Below the pieces are notes generated by a model. It ran no database searches and was not told the DNA's origin. It was given only the letters and a program-made list of their open reading frames with translations. A DNA stretch of 64,000 bases from Promethearchaeota archaeon (GTDB lineage Archaea; Asgardarchaeota; Lokiarchaeia; Sigyniarchaeales; SOKP01), in contig JAFGOA010000215.1 in the NCBI GenBank assembly GCA_016926735.1, forward strand, positions 20,578 to 84,577, given 5' to 3'. The translations under genes were made by a program, and so were the position numbers. This document shows, piece after piece, positions 9,262-19,166 of the stretch (its first letter is position 1; the number at the start of each line of letters is the position of its first letter).

Positions 9262-10704
9262 ATATTAGTAAGTAACATACTTCTATTAATTTGTTTTATT
9301 TCTGTTATTTTATTAATTTTAACTGAAAAATTAAATAGAGCAGTCGCAGCTTTAATGGGTGCGGTGATAGCTTATTTTATTTTAATTTTTATTGAAGGTT
9401 ATGATTTTTCAGTTATAGTTGATTTAATGTTTAGCACTAATGAAAATTATGTAAATTTACATTCGCTTATTTTAATAATTAGCATGATGATAATTGTGCA
9501 AATATCACATGAAGCAGGATTGTTTCAATTTATATCTATATATTTGATTAAATTTTCAAAAGGAAAACCAATTCCATTAATGATTATATTATGTTGTGTG
9601 ACTGTCTTAATTTCAGCGATTCTTAATAATATTTTAACAGTAATAATTCTAATCCCCCTTACTATAACTATATCAAGAATTCTTAATATAAATCCTACAC
9701 CTTATATTCTTACCCAAGCTATTTTGGTAAATGTTGGAGGTACATTATTTTCGATATCTTCAATTCCAAATATTTTAATAGTAACATATGCAGGAATAAG
9801 TTTTTTGGATTTTTTAATTAATGTAGGATTACTATCTTTATTGGTTTTTAGTCTTACTTTAGGATTTTTCATAATTTTATATAAAAAAGAAATGAAAATT
9901 CCAGAAGGATCTTTGAATGTTTTAAAGGAGTATAATGTTTGGAATGTTGTTCAAAGTAAAAAACTCTTATATCTCTCAATGATATCTTTATTATCATTAT
10001 TTTTTCTATTCATAGTTGTACCTTCAGATATAATATCCCCTGATATTATAGCTTTAACCTTAGGAGTTTTAATGATAATATTAAGTAAATTAGAACCAAA
10101 AGAAATATTCTCTAAAATTGACATTGAATTAATCCTTTATTTAATAGGAATCTTTGTTATTGCAGGCTCTCTAGAACTACTTAATGTTTTAGATATTGTA
10201 GGAGAATTTATTTCTCAAGTTGGAGGAGGAGATACATATGTTTTATTATTACTTGTTTTATGGATATCTGCTTTTTTGAGCTCTTCCATTGATAATATTC
10301 CTATAACAAAAGTGCTTATTCCTGTAATCGGTGAAATTCCAGGAATAACATCTGAAACAATAAGAAAAAGATTATATTATTCTCTCGCATTAGGTGCAAA
10401 TTGGGGGGACAATCTTACACCTCTTGGTGATAATATCCTTGTTGTAAATATTGCAGAACAGAATAAAAGGCCAATTTCATTCAAACAATTTATGAAGTTA
10501 GGATTTGTAACAACTATTTATCAATTGTTAATAATAACAATATATTTTACCCTTATTTTTAAATTTATAACAGGTATTATAATTTTATTTGTAATTATTG
10601 TTATAATTATTCTTATTTACTTTTTTATGAAAAAAGGTCCAAAAAAGATAAGAAATAAAACAATAAATACTCTATCTAATCTTAGACATTATATAATTAG
10701 GTGA
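9262..10704 (+). CDS. ArsB/NhaD (SLC13/P-protein-like) ion transporter; N-terminus extends upstream of ATG 9355
   Basis: SAILNN, NVGG..SI..IPNIL, SSSIDNIP, ALGANWGDNLTPLG, ~12 TMs. In-frame upstream sequence ILVSNILLLICFISVILLILTEKLNRAVAAL encodes TM1 and runs back to a TAG at 9253 with no ATG/GTG/TTG. Confidence 0.8.
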   Translation: MLVSNILLLICFISVILLILTEKLNRAVAALMGAVIAYFILIFIEGYDFSVIVDLMFSTNENYVNLHSLILIISMMIIVQISHEAGLFQFISIYLIKFSKGKPIPLMIILCCVTVLISAILNNILTVIILIPLTITISRILNINPTPYILTQAILVNVGGTLFSISSIPNILIVTYAGISFLDFLINVGLLSLLVFSLTLGFFIILYKKEMKIPEGSLNVLKEYNVWNVVQSKKLLYLSMISLLSLFFLFIVVPSDIISPDIIALTLGVLMIILSKLEPKEIFSKIDIELILYLIGIFVIAGSLELLNVLDIVGEFISQVGGGDTYVLLLLVLWISAFLSSSIDNIPITKVLIPVIGEIPGITSETIRKRLYYSLALGANWGDNLTPLGDNILVVNIAEQNKRPISFKQFMKLGFVTTIYQLLIITIYFTLIFKFITGIIILFVIIVIIILIYFFMKKGPKKIRNKTINTLSNLRHYIIR

Positions 10705-10710
10705 TAATAA

Positions 10711-11346
10711 ATAGTATTCAAAAGTATTGAAAGAATTAAAAACTCTTTACCCGAAATAGTACATATTGTAATGTTTTACAATAATGGTATAGTATTCCAA
10801 ACAACATTCTCTCACGATGAGATAAATATTCCTAAATTGGGAGAACATATTTCTGAATTATTAAATCAAATTCGGGCTGTTTATACTATCTGTAATATCG
10901 AAATACAGAATTATAATAAATTAATATTTGAAACCGAAAATATTTCAACAATTGTTCTCAAACTTGGAGAAGATAGTAATATTGCTCTTTTTTTTAAGAA
11001 TGAGGATACTAAAGAACTTAAAATTAAATCAATTCAACGATATCTTAATCGAATTGAAGAACTTATTGATATGGATGCCAAAGAACTGATCCTTCAAGAA
11101 ATCTTAGTCGAGGAAAATAACATTAAAGATCTTCAGATTATTTTAGATTCAAAATATAATGAAATAAAAGAAATTAAATCCGAATTGGGTAATATATCAG
11201 AAGAAGAGAATCTTCAAAATTTGGATACTAAGGTAAGTAAAGAATACGAACAACTTGAAAAAGATTGTAAGAATATAGAAAAAGAAATTTTAAATAAAAA
11301 GGAAAAGATTCAAAGTCTGAAAAAAAAGATGAATGAAGAGAATTAA
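10711..11346 (+). CDS. Roadblock/LC7-like domain plus C-terminal coiled coil; probable ATA start
   Basis: AGGTGA at 10699-10704, ATA at 10711 directly after in-frame TAA; IERIKNSLPEIVHIVMFYNNG..KLIFETENISTIVLKL fits a Roadblock-like pattern; E/K-rich heptad tail. Confidence 0.6.
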   Translation: MVFKSIERIKNSLPEIVHIVMFYNNGIVFQTTFSHDEINIPKLGEHISELLNQIRAVYTICNIEIQNYNKLIFETENISTIVLKLGEDSNIALFFKNEDTKELKIKSIQRYLNRIEELIDMDAKELILQEILVEENNIKDLQIILDSKYNEIKEIKSELGNISEEENLQNLDTKVSKEYEQLEKDCKNIEKEILNKKEKIQSLKKKMNEEN

Positions 11347-11374
11347 AATCTAGAATTTAAAAATCTTATATCTA

Positions 11375-12601
11375 TTATTTAAGATAATTTCGAATAGATG
11401 ATAACGTGAAAATTATAATTGAGCATCCCATTATTATAAAAGTTATTTTAATATTATATAAAAAAATTAATCCAAACATGGGTATAATAATACCTGGTAT
11501 CATTTTTATCATATTTAGTACACTAAAACTTAAGGCTCTATTCTCTCCATCAAGTTCCTTATTAAATTGATTTAAAAAAAAGATATATCTAGAGAATCCT
11601 AATCCAAGAATAATGATAATTATAATAAGATTCAATGGAATAGAGGAAATGATTCCTAATATAACAAAAAGAATTCCTAAGAAAAGAGTTACCAATAAAA
11701 GTGCATGTTTTGAATTAATTATCTTTTTTTTAGATATTATGTACGTAAAAAATACCTCTGAGAAAATAATCATAGCTTCTATAAAACCATAGTATATCAA
11801 TGATATCTTTAATTCTATTAAAAGATAAAATTGATAATTTATATATAATGAAAAAATAATAATTTCAATTATTAATATCTCTTTTAATAATATTTTTATA
11901 ATGTTACTCTTTCCAAGAATCTTTAAACCTAATTTAATTTGTTTAATGAAATTTTTTCTATTTTTAATCTTCAAAGGTTTTAGCTTTTCCTTTATTGTAA
12001 ATGCTATTATTAAACTGATAAAATAAGGAAGACTCATTAATATTACAACAGCTTGTAATGAAATAAGGGAACCTATTAATGACCCTATAGGTGAAGAAAT
12101 AATTATTCCTATAAGAAAAATATTACTTGATTTCCCTATTGTTTTTGAAAATTCCTTCTCTAGTCTTTGATATTTCATTGAATCATGCAATAATGCTTCT
12201 GTAGATCCAGATATAAGAGCGGTTCCTAATGCAAAAAATGTTTCACCAATATAAAAAAAATAAATATTAATAAGTAATCCATATATCAATGCCCCAATTG
12301 TGCTAAAGAAGCTTGCTAATATAAGACTCTTTCTTTTACCAAAATAATCCGCAATCATTCCACAAGGAATTTCAAGAATAAATATCAATAAATAATGATA
12401 ACTTTGTAAGATATTATAGTCTATCAAAGTGAATTTTGCATAATTTAAATAAAAGGGTACAATTACTCCTGAGAGAAAATAAAATCCAATAAAAAATTGA
12501 AATATAAAGATTTTCCTTATATTTATAATATATAATTTACTAATTTTTTTTGTTTGCTCTGAAATTATATGTTGATTTTCTAAATCTTCTAAAACAATCA
12601 A
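11375..12601 (-). CDS. Major facilitator superfamily transporter
   Basis: LEIPCGMIADYFGKRKS (motif A), SGSTEALLHDS, ~12 TMs. Confidence 0.9.
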   Translation of the reverse strand: MIVLEDLENQHIISEQTKKISKLYIINIRKIFIFQFFIGFYFLSGVIVPFYLNYAKFTLIDYNILQSYHYLLIFILEIPCGMIADYFGKRKSLILASFFSTIGALIYGLLINIYFFYIGETFFALGTALISGSTEALLHDSMKYQRLEKEFSKTIGKSSNIFLIGIIISSPIGSLIGSLISLQAVVILMSLPYFISLIIAFTIKEKLKPLKIKNRKNFIKQIKLGLKILGKSNIIKILLKEILIIEIIIFSLYINYQFYLLIELKISLIYYGFIEAMIIFSEVFFTYIISKKKIINSKHALLLVTLFLGILFVILGIISSIPLNLIIIIIILGLGFSRYIFFLNQFNKELDGENRALSFSVLNMIKMIPGIIIPMFGLIFLYNIKITFIIMGCSIIIFTLSSIRNYLK

Positions 12602-13080
12602 ATATATCCCCTGCTTAAGGTTATTCTTAATTAAAATAATTGATTATGAAAAAATATGAGATGATTTCCCTTTTATCTTCCTAATTTTAGTAGAATATTC
12701 AAAATTAACTAAATAATTAAATGAAGATTTTAATAGATGCTAGAAGAACAAATTAAATATGATCTACTAGCTTTAATTTTAAGTAATGTATAATGTCAAG
12801 TACTTATTATAAAACAATAGTATTTATTCTTCATAAGAAATTACACTTAATAATGATCTTTAGTGATTGAGTGAAAATGTTGTTTCTATTCTCAATATTT
12901 ATAGAAATAATTAATATATATAATTATTTGCTTTTCTTCTCTAATTTAAAACAATAGTTTTCAAAGATATTCTATGATTTCAAAGATATTATTGTTTAAT
13001 TTTAATTTTTTCATTAAAAAAAGTTTTATAATTAAAAATTAAAGATAAAAAAAATTTATGTTGATGATATCAATCAGTTC

Positions 13081-13944
13081 TTATTCAGATGATTTAGTTT
13101 TATTATTTTTTAAAATAAAATATAATGCCCCTAATTCTCCATTAATTTCAGATAACTCACTAACAGATTCATAGTTTTGATTGTAAATACCTATTAAAGA
13201 AAATCCTCCTAATGAAGTCAATTGTTTGAAATCTTCAAATGTCCATAATCTCAAGTTATGAATTTCTTTTATTTCTTTTTTTTTGCCATTTTCTCTAATA
13301 GTCATCTGAAAATCAATTTCTCGGATTTTTTTTTCTATATCATATCTTTTAATAATCCATTGAGCTTTTATATCTATATTATCTTCTTTAATATACCATA
13401 TATCATCTTTTTTGATTTCATTTTGAATATTTTCACATTTGCAACTAATCTCGGCGATATAAATTCCCCCATCTCTTAAGGATTTATTCATGGTTTTAAA
13501 ATGAGAAATAATATCTTCGTCTGTTCTTAAATATCCCAAACTATTAATGCAAATAAATGCTGCGTCTGATTCTTTTTTAAATATTTTATTTCTCATATCT
13601 CCAGTTATGACTTTATAATTATTCCTTATTTCGATGTTTTTTTGTAATCTTTGATCACAATATTTTATCATTTTCTTACTAATATCATATCCTTTTATAT
13701 AATAACCATGATTTGCAAATTTTTCTATAAATATCCCAGAACCACACGCAGGTTCTATAATCCTTTTAACATCAAAATTACAATATAATCTAAATATAGA
13801 TCTGAAAAATTCAAAATCATTATCAATATTTCTTTTAAACACCAAATCATAATATTTTGGTAATTCATAGAACCTATATTGTTCACTATTTCCTAATTTA
13901 TTATTTTCTAAACTTACATTACTTTTTGTTTCTGTAATACTCAA
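13081..13944 (-). CDS. Class I SAM-dependent methyltransferase
   Basis: YYD, IIEPACGSG, GYDIS..M, GDMR, NSLGYL, LRDGGIY. Confidence 0.9.
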   Translation of the reverse strand: MSITETKSNVSLENNKLGNSEQYRFYELPKYYDLVFKRNIDNDFEFFRSIFRLYCNFDVKRIIEPACGSGIFIEKFANHGYYIKGYDISKKMIKYCDQRLQKNIEIRNNYKVITGDMRNKIFKKESDAAFICINSLGYLRTDEDIISHFKTMNKSLRDGGIYIAEISCKCENIQNEIKKDDIWYIKEDNIDIKAQWIIKRYDIEKKIREIDFQMTIRENGKKKEIKEIHNLRLWTFEDFKQLTSLGGFSLIGIYNQNYESVSELSEINGELGALYFILKNNKTKSSE

Positions 13945-13962
13945 AAACCTCTAAAATTTATC

Positions 13963-14523
13963 CTATTTAATATTAATTATCTTTTTCTCTTTCTTTGGAA
14001 TTTCTTTTTTAGGTATTATAATCTTTAAAATACCTTTCTCTAAGGTAGCATCTACATTTTCTTCATCAATCTCATTAGGTAGGCTGAAACAACGATAATA
14101 TTTTGCAGAACGATATTCTTTTCTTACTATATCTCCCTTATCTTCTTGGTTTTTTATTTCCTTTATTTCTCCTTTTATTTCAAGATTTCCATCTATTAAA
14201 GATATTTCAATATCTTCCTTATCTAATCCAGGTAATTCGGCTGTTAAATTAAAATTTTTATCATCTTCTATAATATTGGCTAGGGGGGTCCGAAATATTG
14301 GTAGATTATTATGTAATTGGAGTTGTAATGTAGGAGAGATATTTCTGTTAAAGGGATAAAACCATTCATTAAAAAAATTTCGATGAAGGTTATCAAAAAG
14401 TTGATCCATATTTTGAAATAAAGAAAAAGGATTTGCTCTTCTGATAAAAAACTCTTTTTTTTCTTTTGTATCTTCTTGAGAGTTTGAGCTATCTTTCTTT
14501 ATCTTTATCTTTTTTTCATCCAT
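13963..14523 (-). CDS. hsp20: Small heat-shock protein (Hsp20/alpha-crystallin)
   Basis: AELPGLDKEDIEI, LEIKGE, YRCFSLP, ATLEKGILKIIIPK. Confidence 0.95.
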   Translation of the reverse strand: MDEKKIKIKKDSSNSQEDTKEKKEFFIRRANPFSLFQNMDQLFDNLHRNFFNEWFYPFNRNISPTLQLQLHNNLPIFRTPLANIIEDDKNFNLTAELPGLDKEDIEISLIDGNLEIKGEIKEIKNQEDKGDIVRKEYRSAKYYRCFSLPNEIDEENVDATLEKGILKIIIPKKEIPKKEKKIINIK

Positions 14524-14686
14524 TTTAATTCTCTTTATTTTTTACTTTAAATTATCTGAATTATAATTATTATTGATCTAAACAAAGTATTTAAACGTTG
14601 TCATATGAAAACTTATGATCAGATCGATACATTTTTAAACTTTATTAATATTTAATTATACTATAGAAAATATATTTTTCATTTAG

Positions 14687-15271
14687 GTGAATGTAATAAC
14701 AGAAAAGAAACTAAAGAATAAGACTAATTTTTTAGGTTTTAGGCTCTCTGAAAAGTTATTATTAAAATTAGATATTATTGCTAATCAAGAAAATAAAACT
14801 CGAGGATTAATTGCAAAAGAAGCTGTAAAACAATGGATCAATATCAAACAATATGAGGCCGGTAATGAAATGATTACAATCCCGAAAAAATTATTTTTAG
14901 ATTTAATTGAATCTCATAGTGAAGAATCATTAGATAATATAACTGGGAAGATGGTTGTTTTATTATCTGATTTTATCAAATTCATATTTAATAAACCTTT
15001 AAATATAAAAACATTAGAAGATTATGCTGTTTTTTCATCTAATTTTTTTGGGAAAAAAGGACTAAGATGGTTCAATAATATCGATGTAAAAATAGAGAAT
15101 GGTTTTTATATCTTTAGAGGATTGCATGATTTAGGAGAAAATTTTTCATTCTTTTTTGTGAAAATTTACAGAAAATTACTATCTGAACATTTTAATTTCG
15201 ATTTTATTACAAAAATAGAAGAATCATCACCATTTCTTATTAATCTAAAATTTAAATACAAAAATGATTAA
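14687..15271 (+). CDS. Ribbon-helix-helix (CopG-like) regulator with C-terminal ligand-binding-like domain
   Basis: FLGFRLSEKLLLKLDIIANQENKTRGLIAKEAVKQW RHH pattern; divergent from hsp20. Confidence 0.6.
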   Translation: MNVITEKKLKNKTNFLGFRLSEKLLLKLDIIANQENKTRGLIAKEAVKQWINIKQYEAGNEMITIPKKLFLDLIESHSEESLDNITGKMVVLLSDFIKFIFNKPLNIKTLEDYAVFSSNFFGKKGLRWFNNIDVKIENGFYIFRGLHDLGENFSFFFVKIYRKLLSEHFNFDFITKIEESSPFLINLKFKYKND

Positions 15272-15303
15272 AAATATTATTCAATAAAAAAAAATCGTTA
15301 AGG

Positions 15304-16485
15304 GTGTTAAGAATTAGTTTAAGAGGTTTATTTTTCTTTAGGTTTGATCAAAGAATTGGACCTTCTATAATTTTTAAATTACCAATAGATTTCGATAATA
15401 CAGTTATTTCAAAACTACTATCATTAATGGATTTAGAGGAAGAAAACATCTTTATTCATTCATTTGAAAATTATAAAAGTATCAACTTAATATTTAATAT
15501 AGAGAGCAAATATACAAGAGGAAATAAAGAGACACTTCAAATTTCATTAGTAATTGATAGAGATTCTAAAATAGATGAGAGCTTCTTAGAAAAACTCCTT
15601 GTGAAATTTATCAGATCAATTAAAGAAATAACAGATTTGGATAACTTCTTCTTTTCTATTTCTACTGAACATGAAAAACACTTTCAAATACAAGAACAAT
15701 TGATTTTATTATTTCAAACATTTTATCAATCTACTAAAACAACAATAGATATTTTAATTGAGAAAGAACATGAATATCAAACTTTATTTGAAAACGCTAG
15801 AGATGCTATAATACTGTTTGATATTAATTCATTTGAAATAATAGATATGAATAGTTATACTGAAACAATATTTGATCTACCAAAAAATAAAATCTTAGAA
15901 CAAAAAATTACTGAACTTTTAAAAATCAAAGAACATGAAATATTTAAAAATAAATTACTTAAATTAAGTTCAGAAGAATTTTCTGAATTTATTGAATTAA
16001 ACTTCAAAAATAATAGAGGACGAGAAATCTTTCTTGAAATAAATGCTAATAGTATAGGTGAGAAAAAAAAAAATATAATCCAAATTGTAATTAGAGATAT
16101 AACTAAAAGAACACTTCTTCAAATTGCGTTAAATGAACGTTTAAAAGAACTAAACGCATTATATAAACTTTCAAAATTGATGGACAAAAAGAATTATTCA
16201 ATACATCAAATCTTGGATAAATGCTTGATCATTATACAAAATGCTATGAAATTTCCTCATATTGCGCGTGTTAGAATTCTATTTAATAAGGAAGTATGGA
16301 TTAGTAATGATTTTAAAGAAACTGAGTGGAAAATATCTACTCATATTAAAATATACAATAAATTATTAGATCTCGAAGTTTTTTATATTGAAGAAAAAGA
16401 ATTTTTAGAAGAAAAATTGACTTTTTTATTTGAATTTGCTCATAGATTAAGATTATCCATATTAAATAAGATTGGAGTCCTCTAG
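15304..16485 (+). CDS. Longin/uDENN-like domain + PAS + GAF-like sensor protein
   Basis: N-terminal FFFRFDQRIGPSI..FIHSF..TRG; PAS YQTLFENARDAI..RDITKR; ERLKELNALY..FP GAF-like tail; no kinase domain. Confidence 0.65.
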   Translation: MLRISLRGLFFFRFDQRIGPSIIFKLPIDFDNTVISKLLSLMDLEEENIFIHSFENYKSINLIFNIESKYTRGNKETLQISLVIDRDSKIDESFLEKLLVKFIRSIKEITDLDNFFFSISTEHEKHFQIQEQLILLFQTFYQSTKTTIDILIEKEHEYQTLFENARDAIILFDINSFEIIDMNSYTETIFDLPKNKILEQKITELLKIKEHEIFKNKLLKLSSEEFSEFIELNFKNNRGREIFLEINANSIGEKKKNIIQIVIRDITKRTLLQIALNERLKELNALYKLSKLMDKKNYSIHQILDKCLIIIQNAMKFPHIARVRILFNKEVWISNDFKETEWKISTHIKIYNKLLDLEVFYIEEKEFLEEKLTFLFEFAHRLRLSILNKIGVL

Positions 16486-16623
16486 AAAAGATTTTATATA
16501 ATAAAAATTTGATATTAAGCTAATCTAATTAATCCTATTGTCTTTTAATAATAAATTTTAAACTAAATTTTTATAAGGATATCTAATATTAAATATATTT
16601 ATTCTATAGAAAATGAAAAAATT

Positions 16624-17553
16624 ATGAAAAAACAATATTTAATTTCTGTAAGTATAATTATTACAATTATTATTATATTAGGAATCATATATTACAATGA
16701 TATATTAACCTTTTTTAATATTACTAGTGAATTAAATAAACTAAAAGTTAATTTAATTATCATTAATTTATTGGTTTATGTTATAAGAACATTATTAATA
16801 AAACTAATCAATATTTTGTTAAAATATAAAATGTTGAGATTTTTAATTACTTTTCTCTTGAATATTATATGGATTGGATTTCTATTTTGGCTAATTTTTA
16901 TCCTATCTCCTGAGTTAGGTATAGCAATTGTGTCTTTTCTAATTGTATCGATATCTCTAACATTTAAAGATAGAATTAGTAACATAACATCTAGCATAAT
17001 GATATTAGTATCAAAATCTATAGATATTGGTGATTTAATTGAAACAAATAATTATCAAGGAATTGTGTCTAAAATAACATTAAATTATACAAAATTGGTA
17101 GATTTTTCAGGAATTGAAATATTTTTACCTAATATAAATATATACAATGCATCTATTAAGAGATTCACTCAAAATATATCACGATTATCTGAAGAAAAAG
17201 ATTATGAATTGCATGACTATATTAAAATCTTTCAAGATCTTATAACATTTAAAGAGGAAAAATTCACTCGATATATTAAGACTGTAGAAATTCCTTACAG
17301 TTTCATAAACAAGGAATTAAATGAACAATTAACGATTCCTTTTGATAAATATACACAATTGCTAGGAATCAGACCATTTGCTTATGCAAATTATACAAAT
17401 TTTAACCGTCTTAATTTTACTTTACAACTATTATCTAAAGATCCTAATATGATAATAACATATAAAAATCAATTTATGAAAGACATATTATATGAATTGG
17501 CATCAGAAAAAATAATGTTTAATTCCAATTTAAATAATTTGGAGGAAGAATAA
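16624..17553 (+). CDS. MscS-family mechanosensitive channel
   Basis: FKDRISNITS, IGDLIE..GIVSKITLNYT, FLPN. Confidence 0.85.
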   Translation: MKKQYLISVSIIITIIIILGIIYYNDILTFFNITSELNKLKVNLIIINLLVYVIRTLLIKLINILLKYKMLRFLITFLLNIIWIGFLFWLIFILSPELGIAIVSFLIVSISLTFKDRISNITSSIMILVSKSIDIGDLIETNNYQGIVSKITLNYTKLVDFSGIEIFLPNINIYNASIKRFTQNISRLSEEKDYELHDYIKIFQDLITFKEEKFTRYIKTVEIPYSFINKELNEQLTIPFDKYTQLLGIRPFAYANYTNFNRLNFTLQLLSKDPNMIITYKNQFMKDILYELASEKIMFNSNLNNLEEE

Positions 17554-18429
17554 ATGGCATATTTTAGCACTGATTTAGAAGCATTTATTGTTATAATTAT
17601 TATAGTTATAATATATTATATAATTGGTAAAGTATTATCCAGTTTAATAAATAAACTTGATAGGTTAAATAGACGACAAAAAGTTATTCCCCCCTTTATA
17701 TATAATTTATTGTCATTGATTCTGATCCTTTTTTTAGTTTTTAATGGATTTCCTATATTTGAGTCAATTGATCAACAATATTTGGGTGTTTTAATTGCTT
17801 CAGTTAGTACAGCAATAGCATTTGCTACAAGTGGAGTATTTTCAAATCTTATTTCCGGATTAGTATTATTATTAATTCATCCTTTTGATCTAGGAGATTT
17901 CATTGGGATAAAAGGAGATATTGGAATAGTTAGATCTATTCAACTTACTAGAACGATAATAGAAACAACAGATAATATTTTAATTGAAAAATCTAATAAT
18001 GAACTTATTTCTTCTAATATAACTAATTATTCTATTGGACTAAAAAAAGTAAAAAAAATGAATATTTTAAGACAAGATATTTTGAATAAAGGTTCAACTG
18101 TCTTAGATATAAAAGATAATACAATAGAAGAAGACAAATCTATTCAAAATAAGATAAATTCATGGATAAAGACAGTCAGATCTAAGAAAATTCATAATTA
18201 TTTTTTTAATATGCATTTTCCATATATAGGTTTTGATGAAAAAATTAAAAAAGTAAATGATATAGCCATATTATATAAATCAGAATTTGAATTTCAACCT
18301 ACTTATTTTATTTTTACTTTTGATGCTTTTATAACTGTTCGATTTAGAATATTAACTGATGATGCTGAAAAGATCCTTGAATTTCAACCGAAATTTGCAG
18401 AAGAGATTGCACGAATTATCGCTGAATAA
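17554..18429 (+). CDS. MscS-family mechanosensitive channel
   Basis: AIAFA..FSNLISG, PFDLGDFI, GIVRSIQLTRT, ITNYS; abuts the upstream gene (TAAATG). Confidence 0.88.
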   Translation: MAYFSTDLEAFIVIIIIVIIYYIIGKVLSSLINKLDRLNRRQKVIPPFIYNLLSLILILFLVFNGFPIFESIDQQYLGVLIASVSTAIAFATSGVFSNLISGLVLLLIHPFDLGDFIGIKGDIGIVRSIQLTRTIIETTDNILIEKSNNELISSNITNYSIGLKKVKKMNILRQDILNKGSTVLDIKDNTIEEDKSIQNKINSWIKTVRSKKIHNYFFNMHFPYIGFDEKIKKVNDIAILYKSEFEFQPTYFIFTFDAFITVRFRILTDDAEKILEFQPKFAEEIARIIAE

Positions 18430-18596
18430 TTTTTTTTCTTTTCTTTTTTTTAGCATAATACATAATTTATAGATTATAGATTTTTTTAAAGAATTCAAAT
18501 TATTGATATAAAGTGAATAAAAATTAATTAAAATTTATAATACAAATTATTTTATAGATTGTAAAACATAATACTTAGATTGTTATTAAATTAAAG

Positions 18597-19160
18597 GTGA
18601 TAAAAATAACAGAAAAAATACAAAAAACAAACTACAGAACTACAAATTTACTAGTAGGACTAATATTGGTATTTATAGCAATAATTGCGTTGTTTTATCC
18701 TGATATTACTAATCAAATTGTAATAGTTATTCTTTCAATGGGTTTATTATTCATTGGTACAGCAAGAGTAGTGAATGCAGTATCAAAAGGAGAATTTAAA
18801 AATATTGACGTAGAGGCACGATTTCTTTCAGGAGTAATAGCAATAATAGTTGGAATCACTGCAATAATAACGATTATCCGGGATACCGGATTAGCTCTTG
18901 ATATTTGGTATTATTTATTAGCTACTGCTCTTTTAATTATCGGATTATCCAGGATAATTGTTGGATTAAAAATGAAAGAAGAAGTTGAAAAATGGTTTAA
19001 ATATTATACTTTATTTACAGGCATAGCAACTATCATATTTTCGATTATAGTTTATATAATTCCAGAAGCTGGTGGTATATATATTGTTGTATTAATATCA
19101 TTATCATTATTGCTGAATGGAGTCCATAAGATAATTCTTAGTATTATAGGTCCAAAATAA
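18597..19160 (+). CDS. HdeD/DUF308-like membrane protein
   Basis: Six TMs arranged as three repeated hairpins (G..I..A..P...L..G..RI). Confidence 0.65.
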   Translation: MIKITEKIQKTNYRTTNLLVGLILVFIAIIALFYPDITNQIVIVILSMGLLFIGTARVVNAVSKGEFKNIDVEARFLSGVIAIIVGITAIITIIRDTGLALDIWYYLLATALLIIGLSRIIVGLKMKEEVEKWFKYYTLFTGIATIIFSIIVYIIPEAGGIYIVVLISLSLLLNGVHKIILSIIGPK

Positions 19161-19166
19161 TTATTT

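Noticed and set aside
12959-12990. Direct repeat TTTCAAAGATATT x2 between the methyltransferase and MFS genes
   Set aside because: Only two AT-rich copies, far from the MFS start; cannot separate from chance.
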